Made by a program: the position numbers and the translations under genes. The notes below the pieces were generated by a model. The model did no database searches, was not told where the DNA came from, and worked only from the letters and a program-made list of their open reading frames with translations. A stretch of DNA of 63,668 nucleotides, the filler included, from Lenisia limosa (lineage: Eukaryota; Protista; Breviatea), in NCBI GenBank assembly GCA_001655205.1. It is 10 parts of 10 records of this genome, joined end to end, with 100 filler letters (N's around TTAATTAATTAA, not from the genome) between each part and the next. Parts side by side here need not be neighbours in the genome. Positions count along the whole stretch, not along the records: positions 1 to 24,175 come from LPNZ01010213.1; positions 24,276 to 27,221 come from LPNZ01000400.1; 8 more parts are not named here. One strand, 5' to 3'. Numbering within the stretch: position 1 is the stretch's first letter; each line of letters begins with the position of its first letter. Positions 12,601 through 26,720 of the stretch are shown piece after piece.

Positions 12601-13860
12601 ATAGCCTAGGAGCTGGGGGCAGCAGATCATAGTTGAATCTGTTGTTTCTGACGATATTAATCATTATTCATACTACCGATAGCCACCATAATAATCAATA
12701 ATTTTCGAACGCTAAAGGGTTCGATATGGAAAAGCCTTCAATAGAAGAAACGATTGCTTTCTCTCACTCCCTCCAGATTCCAATGGATTGACCACGACCT
12801 GCTAGATCCAGACTCTCTTCGGTATGATTGGGAGGAATATGCAGCCTTCATATTTTATTGTTTAATTTTTGAGAGAAATGAAATATAAATAACTTAAATA
12901 CCTATGGATCCATTTAAACAAAACGCACTTCATTGAGATGAGTTATGAATATTTTCCAAGCCTAATTTTTACAGCTCCCCTGGTGACACACATTCGCCAA
13001 GTGTGGTATGCTTGGAAATCCAGAAACCATAAAAAAAAAAATAGATAATTCTCAAAGTGACCCTCCTTTTATATGTTGTTGATTCACCTCCACCTTTTTA
13101 TATTCCTCTCACACATCCCCCACATTGTTATATTTTCCTCTCACCCATCCCCCAGGAGCCAGATCGCGAACTTGAGATCTGCGTTCTTGGTCCGGGCCAA
13201 TGGACTGGTGCTAGGGAATTGATGAACATTTCGGTGTCGACTACGTCATTAGCGTCTATTGTGCCCTTATCAGCAACTGTTGAGGTGTGTCCCTTCCCTC
13301 ACTTCTCAAGTTGTGCTCTTTCATTTAGTAAACCATTCAAATCCATTATCGTGTTCACTCTTTCAGGTGGCTGTTGTTGACCTTCTGGCGTTCAGATTAC
13401 TTATTGATGATACAACTAAAGGTGAGGAAGGGGTATTTGGCGGAGTCTTTGACCAATCGAAACGGATATGCTCATTCTCTTTTTTCCTTAAAATAATTTT
13501 CCATGAGCATCTTTTGAATTGTTTGTATCCTACAGACCAAAAATCTTGAGCAATTTTGATATCAGTATCTGTGTCTAGTTGGAAATATAAACTTTGCTGC
13601 CAAAATTATACACACGCATCATGGTCCACTCTCACCACTTCAGCCGCCCTTTCAAACCAGTCTCCTGCAGTACCAAGCGATCGAGTCTGTGCCATTGAGT
13701 ACATTGAACAAGAGCGGTGAGGGGGATGGCTGTTGTAATACCCTCTCCCCGTAGCCCTCCCCCTTATTTCATGTTTTGGCTCTATTGATTAATTGTTCTT
13801 TAGGCTGATTCGGGTTCGAAAACGAGAAATGGAAAGAAATAGAACGCGAAAGAAGAAAAG
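9660..13860 (+). CDS. Protein with two cyclic-nucleotide-binding domains (multi-exon)
   Basis: Exons VMKLQSWDDGETLFNQGEE / GTHFYVILRGSVNIFVS / SFQVATLNAGDSFGEIALQNDSART / ATVRSNGGTVCMLLGRHDF form a canonical CNB domain. A second degenerate domain reads KVHFKYYNQGEEIQRQDK / SSIGVVLVIQGHCRVV / ELEICVLGPGQWTGARELMN. Confidence 0.8.
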
Positions 13861-14529
13861 GGGTATGTGCTGTGCTTTCTCTTCAAAGCCTATCATTTTG
13901 TAAAGGACTAATGAGTTGGGAAACAAGAGGGTGCTTCCGAATTATTGTTTCTTGTAGATTGACCTTATGAAATGTTTATGCACTTTTATATTCATTTTTA
14001 TTGACTTTCTCCTGCTCCCTCAAACCTGAATCATTTAAACAGAGCGCTCATATTACAATCGCGGCTGTCGATGTCAGGAGTGTGTTGATGCTCATGAAAT
14101 GGTGGATTAGAGGTTGGTTTTGTTTCGGGGAATGATGATTCACAACACACAACTTTCGCGGAATCGTGTAACGTTTTTAGGTTTGATGTGACATTCTCTG
14201 TTATGTTTCTTTTGTACGTGTATTTTAAATTAGGTGTGTATTTTAATGATGTTATGGGCTTAGAGTCCATTATGCTAGAGGAGGTGTTAACAATGTACTA
14301 CGTATGTATGTCCTGCAGACAGTGTCGGTTTTGGTTTTNNNNNNNNNNNNNNNNNNNNNNNNNNNNNNNNNNNNNNNNNNNNNNNNNNNNNNNNNNNNNN
14401 NNNNNNNNNNNNNNNNNTTCAAAGCATCAAACATGCATAATATAATTACCATATTATCCATAAAAAGCATCCAAAACAACGAAAACGTTTACTTCATAAA
14501 AGGCACGCAAATCTAGAGAGATAAGCAAT

Positions 14530-17500
14530 TTCTTTTGTGAATGCTACAGGGTATCACTTCCAAGCTTCGCGGTTCATCCATGATCTTACCAAAGAAAGCG
14601 CTTTACAATATTGCAGTACTGACAGTGAGGTAGAAAATACAGTACCTAGAATTGGTGAAAATATAAGACATTAGAGCTGCAATCCAAAATCTTGGGGGAT
14701 TCTGAGAGCTTGGTGCCCATCTGCATCATTCTTGCCCAAATTATTATGATATCACGCTGTTTACCCACAGTTCGGGTGGTATAGTCGAAGGAGGCCTAGT
14801 AAGGACTGTGATGATTCCGATACCCGCACACAACTAAGTCTTTTGGTGCTCATCTCCACGGCCTCCTAAATCCGTTAAGCCTGTCAGAATGACTGATATG
14901 GTTGGAGGCTATATCCAATTTATACTAAACAAAACAAGTTTTTGTACCATCATTTTCAGTTGTAAGTTTATAGCACGAATTGCACGTTGTCCTGTTTTCC
15001 ATCCCACCAAGAATGTTGAGGGGTACTCCAAACAAGAAGATGGCTCATGAACACTCTAAGAAATCAGAACTTGGGGGATCTTCAGTTCTTAAAAAATGGA
15101 AAAAGTCAAAACCAAAAATAAAGCGTTTATTGTTAAAAGGCTTGGTATGTCTTGAACACATATTGGTTGGAGATATATATGTTCTCTCTGCCAAAACAAT
15201 ATTCTCAATGAACATAATATCTTCATCCCTTGTCAATTTCCTACAAATTCAAAAGCGGATTCATGAGGACCTTCAAGGGAACTGAGAAGGGCATCTCCAA
15301 TGAAATTCCCTCCAAATAGAGACGCCACGTCCACAAGTATAACTTCAAGTTGAGCAACGCAAATCTGCGATGTAACAATAAAAAGCCGATGGAATCACAA
15401 GGATAATGTCAGAGCAGAGTTGTTTGTGAAGGTACTAATCATACTGAGCAAGTGAAAATTATTAAAGAATGACGGAAATGATCCAATATGACATTATTGA
15501 AATAAGAGTCCTCTCCTCTTGATGTCAGAAGTTGACAAGAGAGGATTATTTTTACCCAATCAACCCGCACCGGAGTGTCGTCAACAAAACTGGCAGTGGG
15601 GATGTGGTCACGAATTTCAACTTGATCTACTGAAGAAGGGAAAAGAGCCTAGAAAGTGACCAGGATTGTAAAGACGATATAGCTGATACAAATGATGAAT
15701 AAAAGACGAAAGAATCTCCCTTATGTTAGTTATTTAAGATCGACAGATACATAGATTAGCTAGTATAAAATCGTTTACCTTCGTCTGCTGAAGTTCAGGG
15801 ATTCTGCTCAACAGATTTGTCCAATGAGCCTCTTTGAAGTCTATTCAATCAGGAACAGGACAAAACGAGGATATAAAAATTTGGGATTGATTACAGCAAG
15901 CATTGTTGCAGACCTTGAAGAAAAACGGCTTGTTCAAACCCTGGGTTGTGGCATTCAACTACAGAATGATCTTCAATGATGACATGAATGTTAACAGTTG
16001 GTGGGAGTTCAAATCATTGACGAAGTATAATACAACATTCGAAGGTTTGCACCACGGATGGTAGCTTGACCGCGACATCCGATTCAATTACTTAAGAGGC
16101 CAACCATTGGGCTGGGATACAAAATGGAGATGAGTCATATTGGCAGATGTCCCATGAACATTGAGTACCTCTGTGTTCGAATCGAATGAAATAGTACTGA
16201 GCAGTTAACAAGAAGTGACGTGGTAGTTCAGTTCTGAATATTACAGCTATTTGGACATTTTCATCAGATTTCAAACAATATGAAACAAATTGGAGCACTT
16301 GACCTCCCTGCCGACGAGTGAGAGAGTTGACAGATGGAAACATGGGGATGTACCGCGCTGCACTTTACCACCCGATCACCAGCTTGCTCCTGTTTTATAA
16401 GATTTCTTGTTGCAATGCCGTATACCGAGGGGTTCACATCCTGGATCGCTGACACTGCCGAGTTGGAAAATGAAAAGTGAAGAAAATTCCAACAAGATGT
16501 TTGAGCAAGGCTCGGAAGGAAGATTGAAATAGAAGGATGTTAACAATCTTAATTGATTTTCCCCCTCCTCAGCCTACGAATGTATTAGTCAGGGGATGGA
16601 GAAGGCGTAGAAGAGAAAGCGGTTCATTTCTAAACGAATAAAAACAGACCAAAACTACAAACACGTTTTTGTACTCAAAGGGGCATGTTGACATTTTAAC
16701 GCAACGAACATAACAGTTAAAATTGCTTAAATAATCAAAGAAATCCTTTCTTCAAATGAAATTTTTATAATAATTTCAGGTACCCCATAGTTTTCAAAAA
16801 TAAATTTCGGATTAAAAAGCCACCTATGAAGTGCGGCTGAGATCATTGTCGACTCTTTCATTAGAATTGAGTTCATTTCTTGAAGTTCCATCACACGGCG
16901 ACGAAGGGATGACTCCCCAGCTAAGTAAAAATAAACAAAAAAATAACTTGGCTGGGCAGCCTAATTAATTGTAACTTGGCTGGGCAACACAACACCCAAT
17001 TAAGTATCAAATAAAAAAACCAATTATTATACTGTATTCCATATTCCTGTTTATTGCATCAAAAGTTTGTGATTTGGTGCAACTAGTTGCTTTAAATTCT
17101 TACCACANNNNNNNNNNNNNNNNNNNNNNNNNNNNNNNNNNNNNNNNNNNNNNNNNNNNNNNNNNNNNNNNNNNNNNNNNNNNNNNNNNNNNNNNNNNNN
17201 NNNNNNNNNNNNNNNNNNNNNNNNNNNNNNNNNNNNNNNNTTGTCCGAAGAACTGCGAAACTAAAGGGAATTATCGAGCTTACACATTGCTATCATTAGC
17301 CATTCATCACACATATAGGGATATTGATAGATAATACAAAAAAATAAAGATGGTTCATTGTTTTATTACAGGAAATAGCACAGCATTATGTAGTACTATA
17401 TGATATGATGTACTATATGCTAACTCTATTAGTACATATATTACGCCACAATTAAGGGTCGAGCGTGGTGAGGGCAAAACTGTCACTTTATGACACACAA

Positions 17501-17631
17501 TACACCTTGCTTTTCTCTTGCAATTTGCAAAGAAAAAGCCAACCAACCAGGAGCTGCAGGAGGAGAACGAAGACCACACCAAAGAGTAGCAAAACAACGA
17601 CACGTTGTGTCTGACTGTTGAGGGCGAACAT
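14530..17631 (-). CDS. Putative type II membrane protein (N-terminal TM, coiled stem); possibly glycosyltransferase-like
   Basis: First exon MFALNSQTQRVVVLLLFGVVFVLLLQLLVGWLFLCKLQEKSK, then AGESSLRRRVMELQEMNSILMKES and about 10 further GT-AG exons. No diagnostic motif. Confidence 0.35.
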
Positions 17632-18304
17632 TCCACTGGCCTTGGGCTTGGTTTCTTGGACAATGATTGACTGGTAAAAATCTACTGTGATGGGTGAAAA
17701 CGAAACAAAATACCACTCCAAAGAACGTTTAAGGACAATGGAGAGTAAAAACAATTGTAATTATGTTATTAGAATGTGACAAACATTTCCTTGGGTTATA
17801 CAAAGTCTACCCCCTCCCACTGAAAGAAGAAACGAAGCACTTCCCTATTGACCAGTATGATTCTCTCCTTCACACTAAGGGGTGCGAGGAGGTATAATTC
17901 GGCGTAGTTTTCAGATATATGCCTCCGAGAGAGATGTTTTCTCTGTTGTTGGAATTCAGAAGAAAAATGGTGGTGTTGCCTTACCTTACTTGTGGACCTG
18001 TCCTATGCACGTCCTATGCAATTATGTTGGTGGTGCCTAACATTTTTGTGATTGAGATTTGCTGACTGATGAGCTAGCTGATGCTCAGCTGAATACGCAG
18101 TAGGAAAGGCATTGGCAGCAGGAAACCACAAGCCACAGTACAGGGCGGAAGCAAGCGGCTCGGTCTTAGCCTTCAAATACTCCGATTCTGTCGTTTTTTG
18201 GTCTTTTGCGAGTTAATACGATCGTTTAATCAGTGTAGTCGTTTTATTCCAAATCTAGAGTTAATTAGGAAAGAAAACTGGGTTGGCCTTTCACCCCAGC
18301 CGTT

Positions 18305-21300
18305 ATGTTGCGCCTATGGGGCCTGTTAGGGGTAGTAACGTGGCTACTGATTGGAAGTGCCGTATCATATGAAGTCACAATTCTCCATTCAGGGTTAGAC
18401 GGGTGAATTTATTTGGGCACTTACGGTCGTGGTCTCCTCTGCCCTCTACATCCCCGTAAAAACATTTAAATGATCATATCAGTTGCTACCCCATCGGGAA
18501 TAACGCCTTGCAGGTTATCCTACGGTCATTTTCAGCCTGTAAGCAAGTACGGTTCCGATTGTGAGGCTACCGCTATTGCTGCTGGAAGCTGTTTGGGGGA
18601 CCAAAGTGGCTATTTTGGAGTTATAAATTGACTGTTGACCAGTATAATACATTGATGTAATTTTCATTTACGTCGTCACGCATATCATTTTCCCCCCCTC
18701 TAACAGCTTTTCCACTTCTGTTGCATATCATATCTTATCAAACATAAGTTTTAGTTACTTCCTGGGTTAAATGGGATATTTCCTTGTTTTGAATGTTCTT
18801 TTTTGATGGAGCACTGTGAGCCATTGATGCTCTGCTCCACATATCACATGATAGACGGACAGTTGTTAGTTGATTCCATCATTTCCTCCAACACTTGCCT
18901 TCAGAGTGGGAAGACAATTTATTGAGCCTCCAAGCGTGCGGATACGTATTATAATACATTTTAATACTGGGAGACAGCACCCCCATTGTTAAATGAAATC
19001 CGAGTATATATTCGCTTTTTTTTCTTTTGCAGTAGAACTCTGTCTTGTAGGATAATCAAGAAATTTCGTGTTTTTCAGGATTACAGGGAAGTTAAGGTCA
19101 CTTTAGTCATAAAAACAACTGAATATCAATCACTTCTCAATAAAAACATCTTTAACCGCCAATTCTGTCTCCAATTAAATGCCGGTTCAGTTATTCCAAT
19201 TCCCTTTTTTTTTGTAATATGTCGCTTCCCAGGCCATGGCGGGTTTGCGTATCGCGCGAAGGCGCTCCATGATGAGATTGCTGCTGCTGTTGGAACAGTC
19301 ACTGTCGTCTTGGATACAGGCAACACCATTGGCTCGGATAAAATGAATGTAAGTGGTTACGGGGCTATCATCGTTGCGCTCCTCCTGTTTCTCAGAAAAA
19401 AACCCAGCTGATATAGGGAAAGAAGATTTCATCTTTCTCTGCACCATTGTCTCTAACAACCAGGCATACCATCGAGGCAAAGAAGGCGCAATTTATGCTG
19501 CTTTTGGGTCAGTGTGGTCTATGAATGTCTTATCTTATATACATAATTACATATGATAAGGTATGATGCCTTGGTTTCAAAACCTGATATGCTAACACTG
19601 ATTTTTTTGATAAAACACTGATTTGTTTAATATGATCTGGGCTATGTGAAGCAACAAATTGTTCTTTTCATTTGGTGTGATTTTCAATGCTTCACGTTTG
19701 TCCTGAAAAGATGGGCAGATTAAGTCAATTATTTGCACCAATAAAGCTCCTTCTTTGACAGTGTTTAGGGCCTACAATGCATTTGGCCTGGGCGTAAGGG
19801 ACTTTGCAGACGCTGGGTATAGCATAGAGCGGTTTTCAAACTACTCTGGGGTGGGTGGGTCGGATTCGAGCGGTTTTCATGACATCACCTTTTGGGGATT
19901 TAAACATAGTATTGAAGTAATATACGATATGTTACAATGGTGATATCATTAATATGTTATTATCGCTATTAAGCCTGAGTGTGTGGAGGCCTCTGCCAGA
20001 TACACCTTGTTTTATTGAACATTTCTTCATTATCATTGTATTCAGGTTCCCTATGTTTCAACAAACGTGGATCCTTCCTCGAATAGTTACGTAAAAGAAA
20101 CCCTTATGCCGTACCATGTCTTTACGGTTGGGATGGCTACATGTTTTGATTCTTGTTGTTTGTCAGTTTTAGCGTTGGTTGCTCGTGTTACTGCTTGTTT
20201 TTTATTTGTTGTTTGTTTGGAGTTTCAGATTATTTGGTTCGTGATTAGCTTTTTTTTTTTGATTCATAAATTTTCCAATTTTACTCACCNNNNNNNNNNN
20301 NNNNNNNNNNNNNNNNNNNNNNNNNNNNNNNNNNNNNNNNNNNNNNNNNNNNNNNNNNNNNNNNNNNNNNNNNNNNNNNNNNNNNTAGTTCCTTCACACG
20401 AATATAATTCATCTATATTTCCTTCAGTTTACCCCCTCATGTGTTCCTCAAGTGTTTTGTCATCAGAGTTGTTCTTTTTTGTTTCGATGTTTCGTTTACC
20501 CACCCCCCCTAGAGTTCGGGTCATAGTGTTGCTGTCCTTGCTCTCACAGCGTCTTCGATCAATTCCCAGTCAACAGTCAAGAACTTGACGCTGTCGCTTT
20601 CAGCCATTGCTGTAGCGGAGGTACGAGTCTGGATCAATGTATTGCTCTTTTGTTTCATGAAAAACTAACGTTTTGTAATTTACGATTTCATAATAATTAC
20701 CATCCAATGTCATGTGGTTACATCCCGAGTGGAGATGAGACAGGCCTGACACTTTAGACCTGTGGAAAGGCGAGGGGCGAAGGCGCAGAAGTAGTGATAC
20801 TAATGTTCGGCTCTGATGTAAGTGGTGTTTTGTGATGTATTTCAAGCCGAATCCCTCAAGATTTGATTCTAGCTTTATGAACCACTTTATTATGGCAGTT
20901 TGTTTTGGATGAAGGGGAGGCCCTAATTATTGCCTATTTATTGCTCCTCTCACACCTCCAGGACTCAGACGTGATGCTTGATCCGAGTATCCTCTCCTCT
21001 GGCTCTCTACAGTGTATTTCAGCAGTCATTGGTATTAACCAAGAGTCTGTATGCTGGAGAGTGATTGGGTAAATCAATTTGTTGGAGATTTCGTTTTGTG
21101 TTTTTGTTTCGTTCATTAATTACAACCCTTCCAGAATCTTCAACTACTGGGCAGTATACCGTATTTCTCCTGTAGCGACTGTCCGTTTGGTCGCGGTTAT
21201 GGGTATGCTTGCTACCTCTTACTGTGATACAAGGTGTATGGTTTCAATATTCGGTTTTTGTTTTGTTTTAACCGAATTTGACTCCTTTTTACTGTTCCAT

Positions 21301-24070
21301 TTTAGCTTACCTTATCTAGAAAGTACACCTTTTCTGTTGATGGCGAAGGGAACGTTTTGAACGCCAACGCGACATCTATTCAAATACAGTGAGTCCCGGT
21401 CTTTACCGTATTTGCTTCTCTCTTCTCTCAAACAGTTTTGGGTTCGTGACCTTTACATCGGCATTATTCATTCTTCGTTTTGTTGCCCCCCCCCCNNNNN
21501 NNNNNNNNNNNNNNNNNNNNNNNNNNNNNNNNNNNNNNNNNNNNNNNNNNNNNNNNNNNNNNNNNNNNNNNNNNNNNNNNNNNNNNNNNNNNNNNNNNNN
21601 NNNGATAAATGTTCCATTTTATCACCCCCACCAGGCCGCAAAATATGACGGAAGATGCTGTGGCAGCCGCGGCTATTTTGGCCCATGAAGCGCCCCTTGC
21701 TGGTAGGAGGGGACGACGAGTGTTATGCGGGTTTTAGGTGATGGGTGGGTGGTTGGGGTATCATGGTGCTGAAGAGGAGGGTGATGGGTTGTTATGGGTG
21801 TGATGATTGATTATTATCGTCAAGGCATAAAAAGACTGCATTTATTGATATAACCCTGTCTTTTCACGTTTAGAAACTCTCACCTTCCCCCACCTATTTT
21901 CTATTTTTAATTGATGGGATGCGGCTGCAGAAGCGNNNNNNNNNNNNNNNNNNNNNNNNNNNNNNNNNNNNNNNNNNNNNNNNNNNNNNNNNNNNNNNNN
22001 NNNNNNNNNNNNNNNNNNNNNNNNNNNNNNNNNNNNNNNNNNNNNNNTTGACGGCATTCGCTACACCTCTACCGCCCTCGGTCACTATGTATGATATGGT
22101 ACTTTCATGTATTGTTAATAGGGCTTCACTACGGCCCAAAAAAGATTGGTAAAATATCGATATTTTTCGAGGATTTATTTAGAAATTCATAATTTTTTGG
22201 GGACCGAAGTGAAACCCTAATTGTTATGCGAGTTGTAAATGTTGGTTCTTCCCTGGGCTTTTTTTCAAATATGATGAGAGTAAAAATTGGTGTTAATATC
22301 GTATTATGTCTAAAGTGCTTCTCCATTTACCCCTGATCTTAAACGCTGTGTTGACTCTTGAAGATTTCAAAGGCTCTGCGGTACTCTGCTGAACTAGTGG
22401 AAGGTCCCGTGGACATAGCGGTTATAAACGGTTAGCATGGGGATAGCATCTTTTAAAAACAGTTTGGTAAACACCGAATACATAAGTTCGTACTCTAATG
22501 AGATAAATAAAGTCATACTCTGATGTAATTCCTAGTCTAGGGAGTGGTTGAGGTCTCCAAGTTTGCTCAGTCACACACATTATAGTGCTTATATTTATTT
22601 GCCTATTGAGAGATATATTAGATGTAATATGCATATTATATTGATATAGTTTTAATACACATATCATATACGAACTATTCACGTTGTACTGGATATGGTG
22701 ACTTATTTTCCAGCTGGCGGGATCAGAGCAGGCCTTGCAGGAAACGTCTCTGTCAGTGATATATGTTGGTCCAAGATATGGATTGGCTATATATATTTTT
22801 TCCGGTATTTTTCGATAAAGCCCTCTTACAGTGTAATGTTCAATAGCATTTGTTCCACTCTACCAATGGGAGGATAGGAAAATAGGAAATGATGAGATTA
22901 TGGGTTGTTGATTGACCTTGCAGCGGAATGCGTCCCTTATAACAATGCCATCTCAAGTGCAACTATTTCGTGGGGAGGGGAGGGGCTTGTCACAGTCCAT
23001 TTGCAACCCTTTGATCATTTCTCCAAATATTTAAGTCCAATTTAAATCCCCCAGTGTTACTCAACTAGTTTGCGCAATATAACTTCTCCAGGGGGGCTAC
23101 GGTTCTGAAGATGCTGCACAACTCAGTGAGCACTTTGACGACGGAGGGACTTGAGGACCTCACCGCATCGGGTACTGGAAGGTTCCTTCAGGTTGGGGGT
23201 TTAGGGCTGCTGATCGAAATCGATTCTTTCGTGTATTGAATTTTCAGTGTAATGGCGGTATGGCTTCAGCCAGATTCTCCCATTATTTTTCTTATTTCCA
23301 CGTATTCCATCTTTGACCAATACTCTAGGTGGATGGCTTGTCATTTANNNNNNNNNNNNNNNNNNNNNNNNNNNNNNNNNNNNNNNNNNNNNNNNNNNNN
23401 NNNNNNNNNNNNNNNNNNNNNNNNNNNNNNNNNNNNNNNNNNNNNNNNNNNNNNNNAAATTCTTTCCTCAGTTTTTATACAATTGGTATACGTATGGTGG
23501 GGAGGCACGCAGAAAGCTGTATTCACAGAGTTTTAAGGCACATGATTGGGTAACTATTTTACTATAATCCAATATCTCCTATAAGCGTGATGGTGTGGGT
23601 GGCTTCGGCCAGATACACCTTAGTTTTTATTTCTCATTGCTTTTTTCACGGAGTTACTCTTTATGAACCCACAAAAAAACTAACAACTAACCTCTACAGA
23701 TTGACGGGAAGGGGGACTTGGACCTTGCTGCAAAGTACCGTCTCGTGTGTCCTGATTTCATTTTGGGAGGGTACNNNNNNNNNNNNNNNNNNNNNNNNNN
23801 NNNNNNNNNNNNNNNNNNNNNNNNNNNNNNNNNNNNNNNNNNNNNNNNNNNNNNNNNNNNNNNNNNNNNNNNNNNNNNNNNNNNNNNNNNNNNNNNNNNN
23901 NNNNNNNNNNNNNNNNNNNNNNNNNNNNNNNNNNNNNNNNNNNNNNNNNNNNNNNNNNNNNNNNNNNNNNNNNNNNNNNNNNNNNNTTTTTACCTCCTTT
24001 TACCCCTCAGAGGCGACGGGTTCAGTATGCTTGCTGAGGAGGCTGAATACATGAACCTTGACGGACCCAT
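18305..24070 (+). CDS. Secreted or membrane 5'-nucleotidase/apyrase-family protein with degenerate metal-binding motifs (3' end cut by linker)
   Basis: Signal peptide MLRLWGLLGVVTWLLIGSA, then VTILHSG, HGGFAYRAKAL..VVLDTGN, YNAFGLGVRDF, VPYVSTNV..PYHVF. C-domain motifs DIAVIN/AGGIRAG..SVSDI, VPYNNAI, LKMLHNSVS..GRFLQ and YRLVCPDFILGG/GDGFSML. Confidence 0.85.
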
Positions 24071-24176
24071 GCTTAGGATAGGTTGGCGTGGTGCTGAGGA
24101 TGGGTTGGAGTGGTGATGGTGATTATGGATTTGGATTATCCGTCACAGACAAATTCCTTCCAACCCCCCCACCCCN

Positions 24177-24275
24177 NNNNNNNNNNNNNNNNNNNNNNNN
24201 NNNNNNNNNNNNNNNNNNNTTAATTAATTAANNNNNNNNNNNNNNNNNNNNNNNNNNNNNNNNNNNNNNNNNNNN
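24177..24275. other. Artificial contig linker N-TTAATTAATTAA-N (also at about 27222, 28879, 33079, 34326, 36030, 37974, 39654 and 56982)
   Basis: An identical 12-mer six-frame-stop sequence sits in the middle of about 100-bp N blocks, and genes are cut at these points. Confidence 0.92.
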
Positions 24276-24649
24276 CAAAACAAACAAAGCCCAGTCCTGC
24301 CGCACCACATCCCATCACTCCAGTGTAGTGAAATACAGTTTTTTTTGTTTGAAAACAAAAGAGGGAAACAAAACACTGATATCCCAAAGAATCAAACCGC
24401 GAGAAACAGTGAGAGGGAGGAGAGAACCAGTGAGAGGGGGAGGAGAGTAAAATTGTAAAACTAAGGTAATTTCGAGAAGAATATTGGCGTAAAGGTATCA
24501 CGAGTGAAAATAACTTATGAAGCAAAAAAGCCCAAATCAACTCTCAACCAACATTAGCATTTCTATGCACAGTACAGATTATGCATAATATCATTTAATA
24601 ATATATGATATACACAATAAACTTGCCACCTCCACTCAATCCATCCCCC

Positions 24650-26040
24650 ACAAACCTGAACTTTCTTACACGCAGGCAGGCAGAAGATGTCGAAGCGCTG
24701 GAGCGAAAAGCAAACAGGGGGGAATGCAAAGCTGGGCTGTTTCGGTTCATTTTTGGTCTGCTTCTTTGGCGAATCCATTCTAGGAACTCTACAGCGAAAG
24801 GTGAATTGAATTGTGCTGAAGGTCTGATGTACACCAGGACAGCGGGTTCAGGGAAGCTGGTAAGATACGAGATGCAACATGGTTACTGATAGTTGGTTTA
24901 TCAAACTTGTATATATTTATACCCCTAAAATTATCCTCTCACACCGGTGAGTCAAAACGGGATAGCTATCCTCCTCCCAGTCCACAAGCTATTTTACCCA
25001 AGAAGCCAAAGCCTACTTAGTCATGTATTAGTTCTGATGATCTTCCTCTCCTCTCTCTCCTCCTCTCCCTCTCACTACTGTGCGACACCAAAGGGGGATT
25101 GGAGCACACAAGAAGAGTCGTGTGCTACTATTGTGCTTACATTGCATCAATTGGCCTCAGAATCACGGAATTAAAGCCCGGGACGCATGCGGGGTAATAG
25201 ATCCTCCGATATCCCTCGAGCTACTGCAAGTCAGTTGTAAGTTGGTTGATTGGTTGTAAGTAAACACGGGACCTGGCAATGGCCTGGAGGAGAAAAACAA
25301 TCATTGCACCTTTGTACCTTGAAGGTATGGTATTTTTATTAAGACAGATGACATGCCTCCGATTGCACCATCACCAAGGCGGACCATCATTGGACCATCA
25401 CGCTGATATGACAATACCAATACACCATCCAGTCTCGCCGAGTGATGAAAAGTGGTGAAGATATGATTGATCATATTGCCAACTCGCGTGCATATTTGGT
25501 GCGAAGACCATCAGTGGAAAACCCATCAACCCCTTCAAGCATCCCTGCGTTCGAACTGACGTTTTCTTAATATGGTTAAATTCCAGATCCCAGCGATCTT
25601 TCACTCAAAACAATAAAGATAATATTAAAGAATAAAAAGAAATTCTAGAAGTGATAGCTACCTGGTGATGAAAAAAGATAAATAAAAAAAATTAAATACT
25701 AGAAGTAATGGGTGCCTGGAACGACGGCAAGCCAATTAACTCTCTCCATGACATTCTAAATCATATTATTTGTGTGAATCGAGAGTTACTATTTTATAAA
25801 CCAACAACTTTTATAAGCATGATCTGGTGAATTACTATTATATTCTATAATCCAATATCTCTTGTAGCATTATGGTATGGACGGCTTCAGCTAGATACAG
25901 CCTCATTTTTTATTTCTCATCTCTCTACACATGATAAACAGCTTACCGATGAAGGAACGTACGCACATTTTGCAGTGAATTGAGTGGGGGTGACAACAGA
26001 GTAGGCTGAAAGATATAAATACAACAACAACAACAACAGC

Positions 26041-26082
<42 letters not shown>

Positions 26083-26720
26083 AAACAAAATAACATAGAA
26101 ATAATAATATATCCGATAGAGCATATAACCCCCCACAGCAATGTGTCAGGCCACCACCCGAAGTCTCCTGGTTATGTATCATCACGACTGGGGTCTCGGG
26201 AAAAGCAGAGGGGAAAACAACAGTGAATTCAGCCTGATTTGGTAAGACGCGGTGTGAATGTGCAAAGATGATCACTAAGATGATCAAAATGTTCTGGTAT
26301 GAGGTGAGAATAAGTTGTTAAGGTAAGGAGTCTAGATGAATAATGAGCTGGTAAGATGGTGTGAATTGAGGTGGTCTAAATGCTTTGGTAAGAGGAGGGC
26401 TTCACTTCGGTTCGAAAAAGACTGAATTAACTCTCGATATTTTCTTGAATTTTCTGATAAGATGGTAGAAATAGGTGAATTGATGGGAAAGTTGATCAAT
26501 GAGCTGGTAAAAGGATCAAAATGGGCTGGTAAGATGAGGAGTGTGTAAGTAGCTCATACAACCCCCCTCCCCCCACGTTCATGACAACGTTCACGGTATC
26601 CTGGCCAATTTGTATAACTTCAGGATCGAGCGTGAGCGATGCAACGTCAAAGGCAATCCCCAATACATTATCGCAGGCTCTGGAGGGTGTCATTGCAACG
26701 AACATGATGTTTGTATTGGA
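24650..26720 (-). CDS. Hypothetical multi-exon protein fragment with beta-rich segments
   Basis: Open segments MFVAMTPSRACDNVLGIAFDVASLTLDPEVIQIGQD and QAEFTVVFPSAFPETPVVMIHNQET bounded by splice signals. The contig is linker-bounded. Confidence 0.3.
26022..26082. repeat. (CAA)n microsatellite
   Basis: About 20 CAA/CAG units in an intron. Confidence 0.9.

Noticed and set aside
18510-18535. A 22-nt mini-intron in the 5'-nucleotidase gene
   Set aside because: Using the acceptor at about 18512 gives a continuous frame (GLSYGHFQPVSKYGSDC), so no mini-intron is needed.
24220-24231. TTAATTAATTAA as a biological motif or transposon footprint
   Set aside because: It is always centred in N blocks of fixed length and is a six-frame-stop assembly spacer.
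25903-26287. Poly-Val, poly-Leu or poly-Cys ORFs
   Set aside because: They are translations of an intronic (CAA)n microsatellite.
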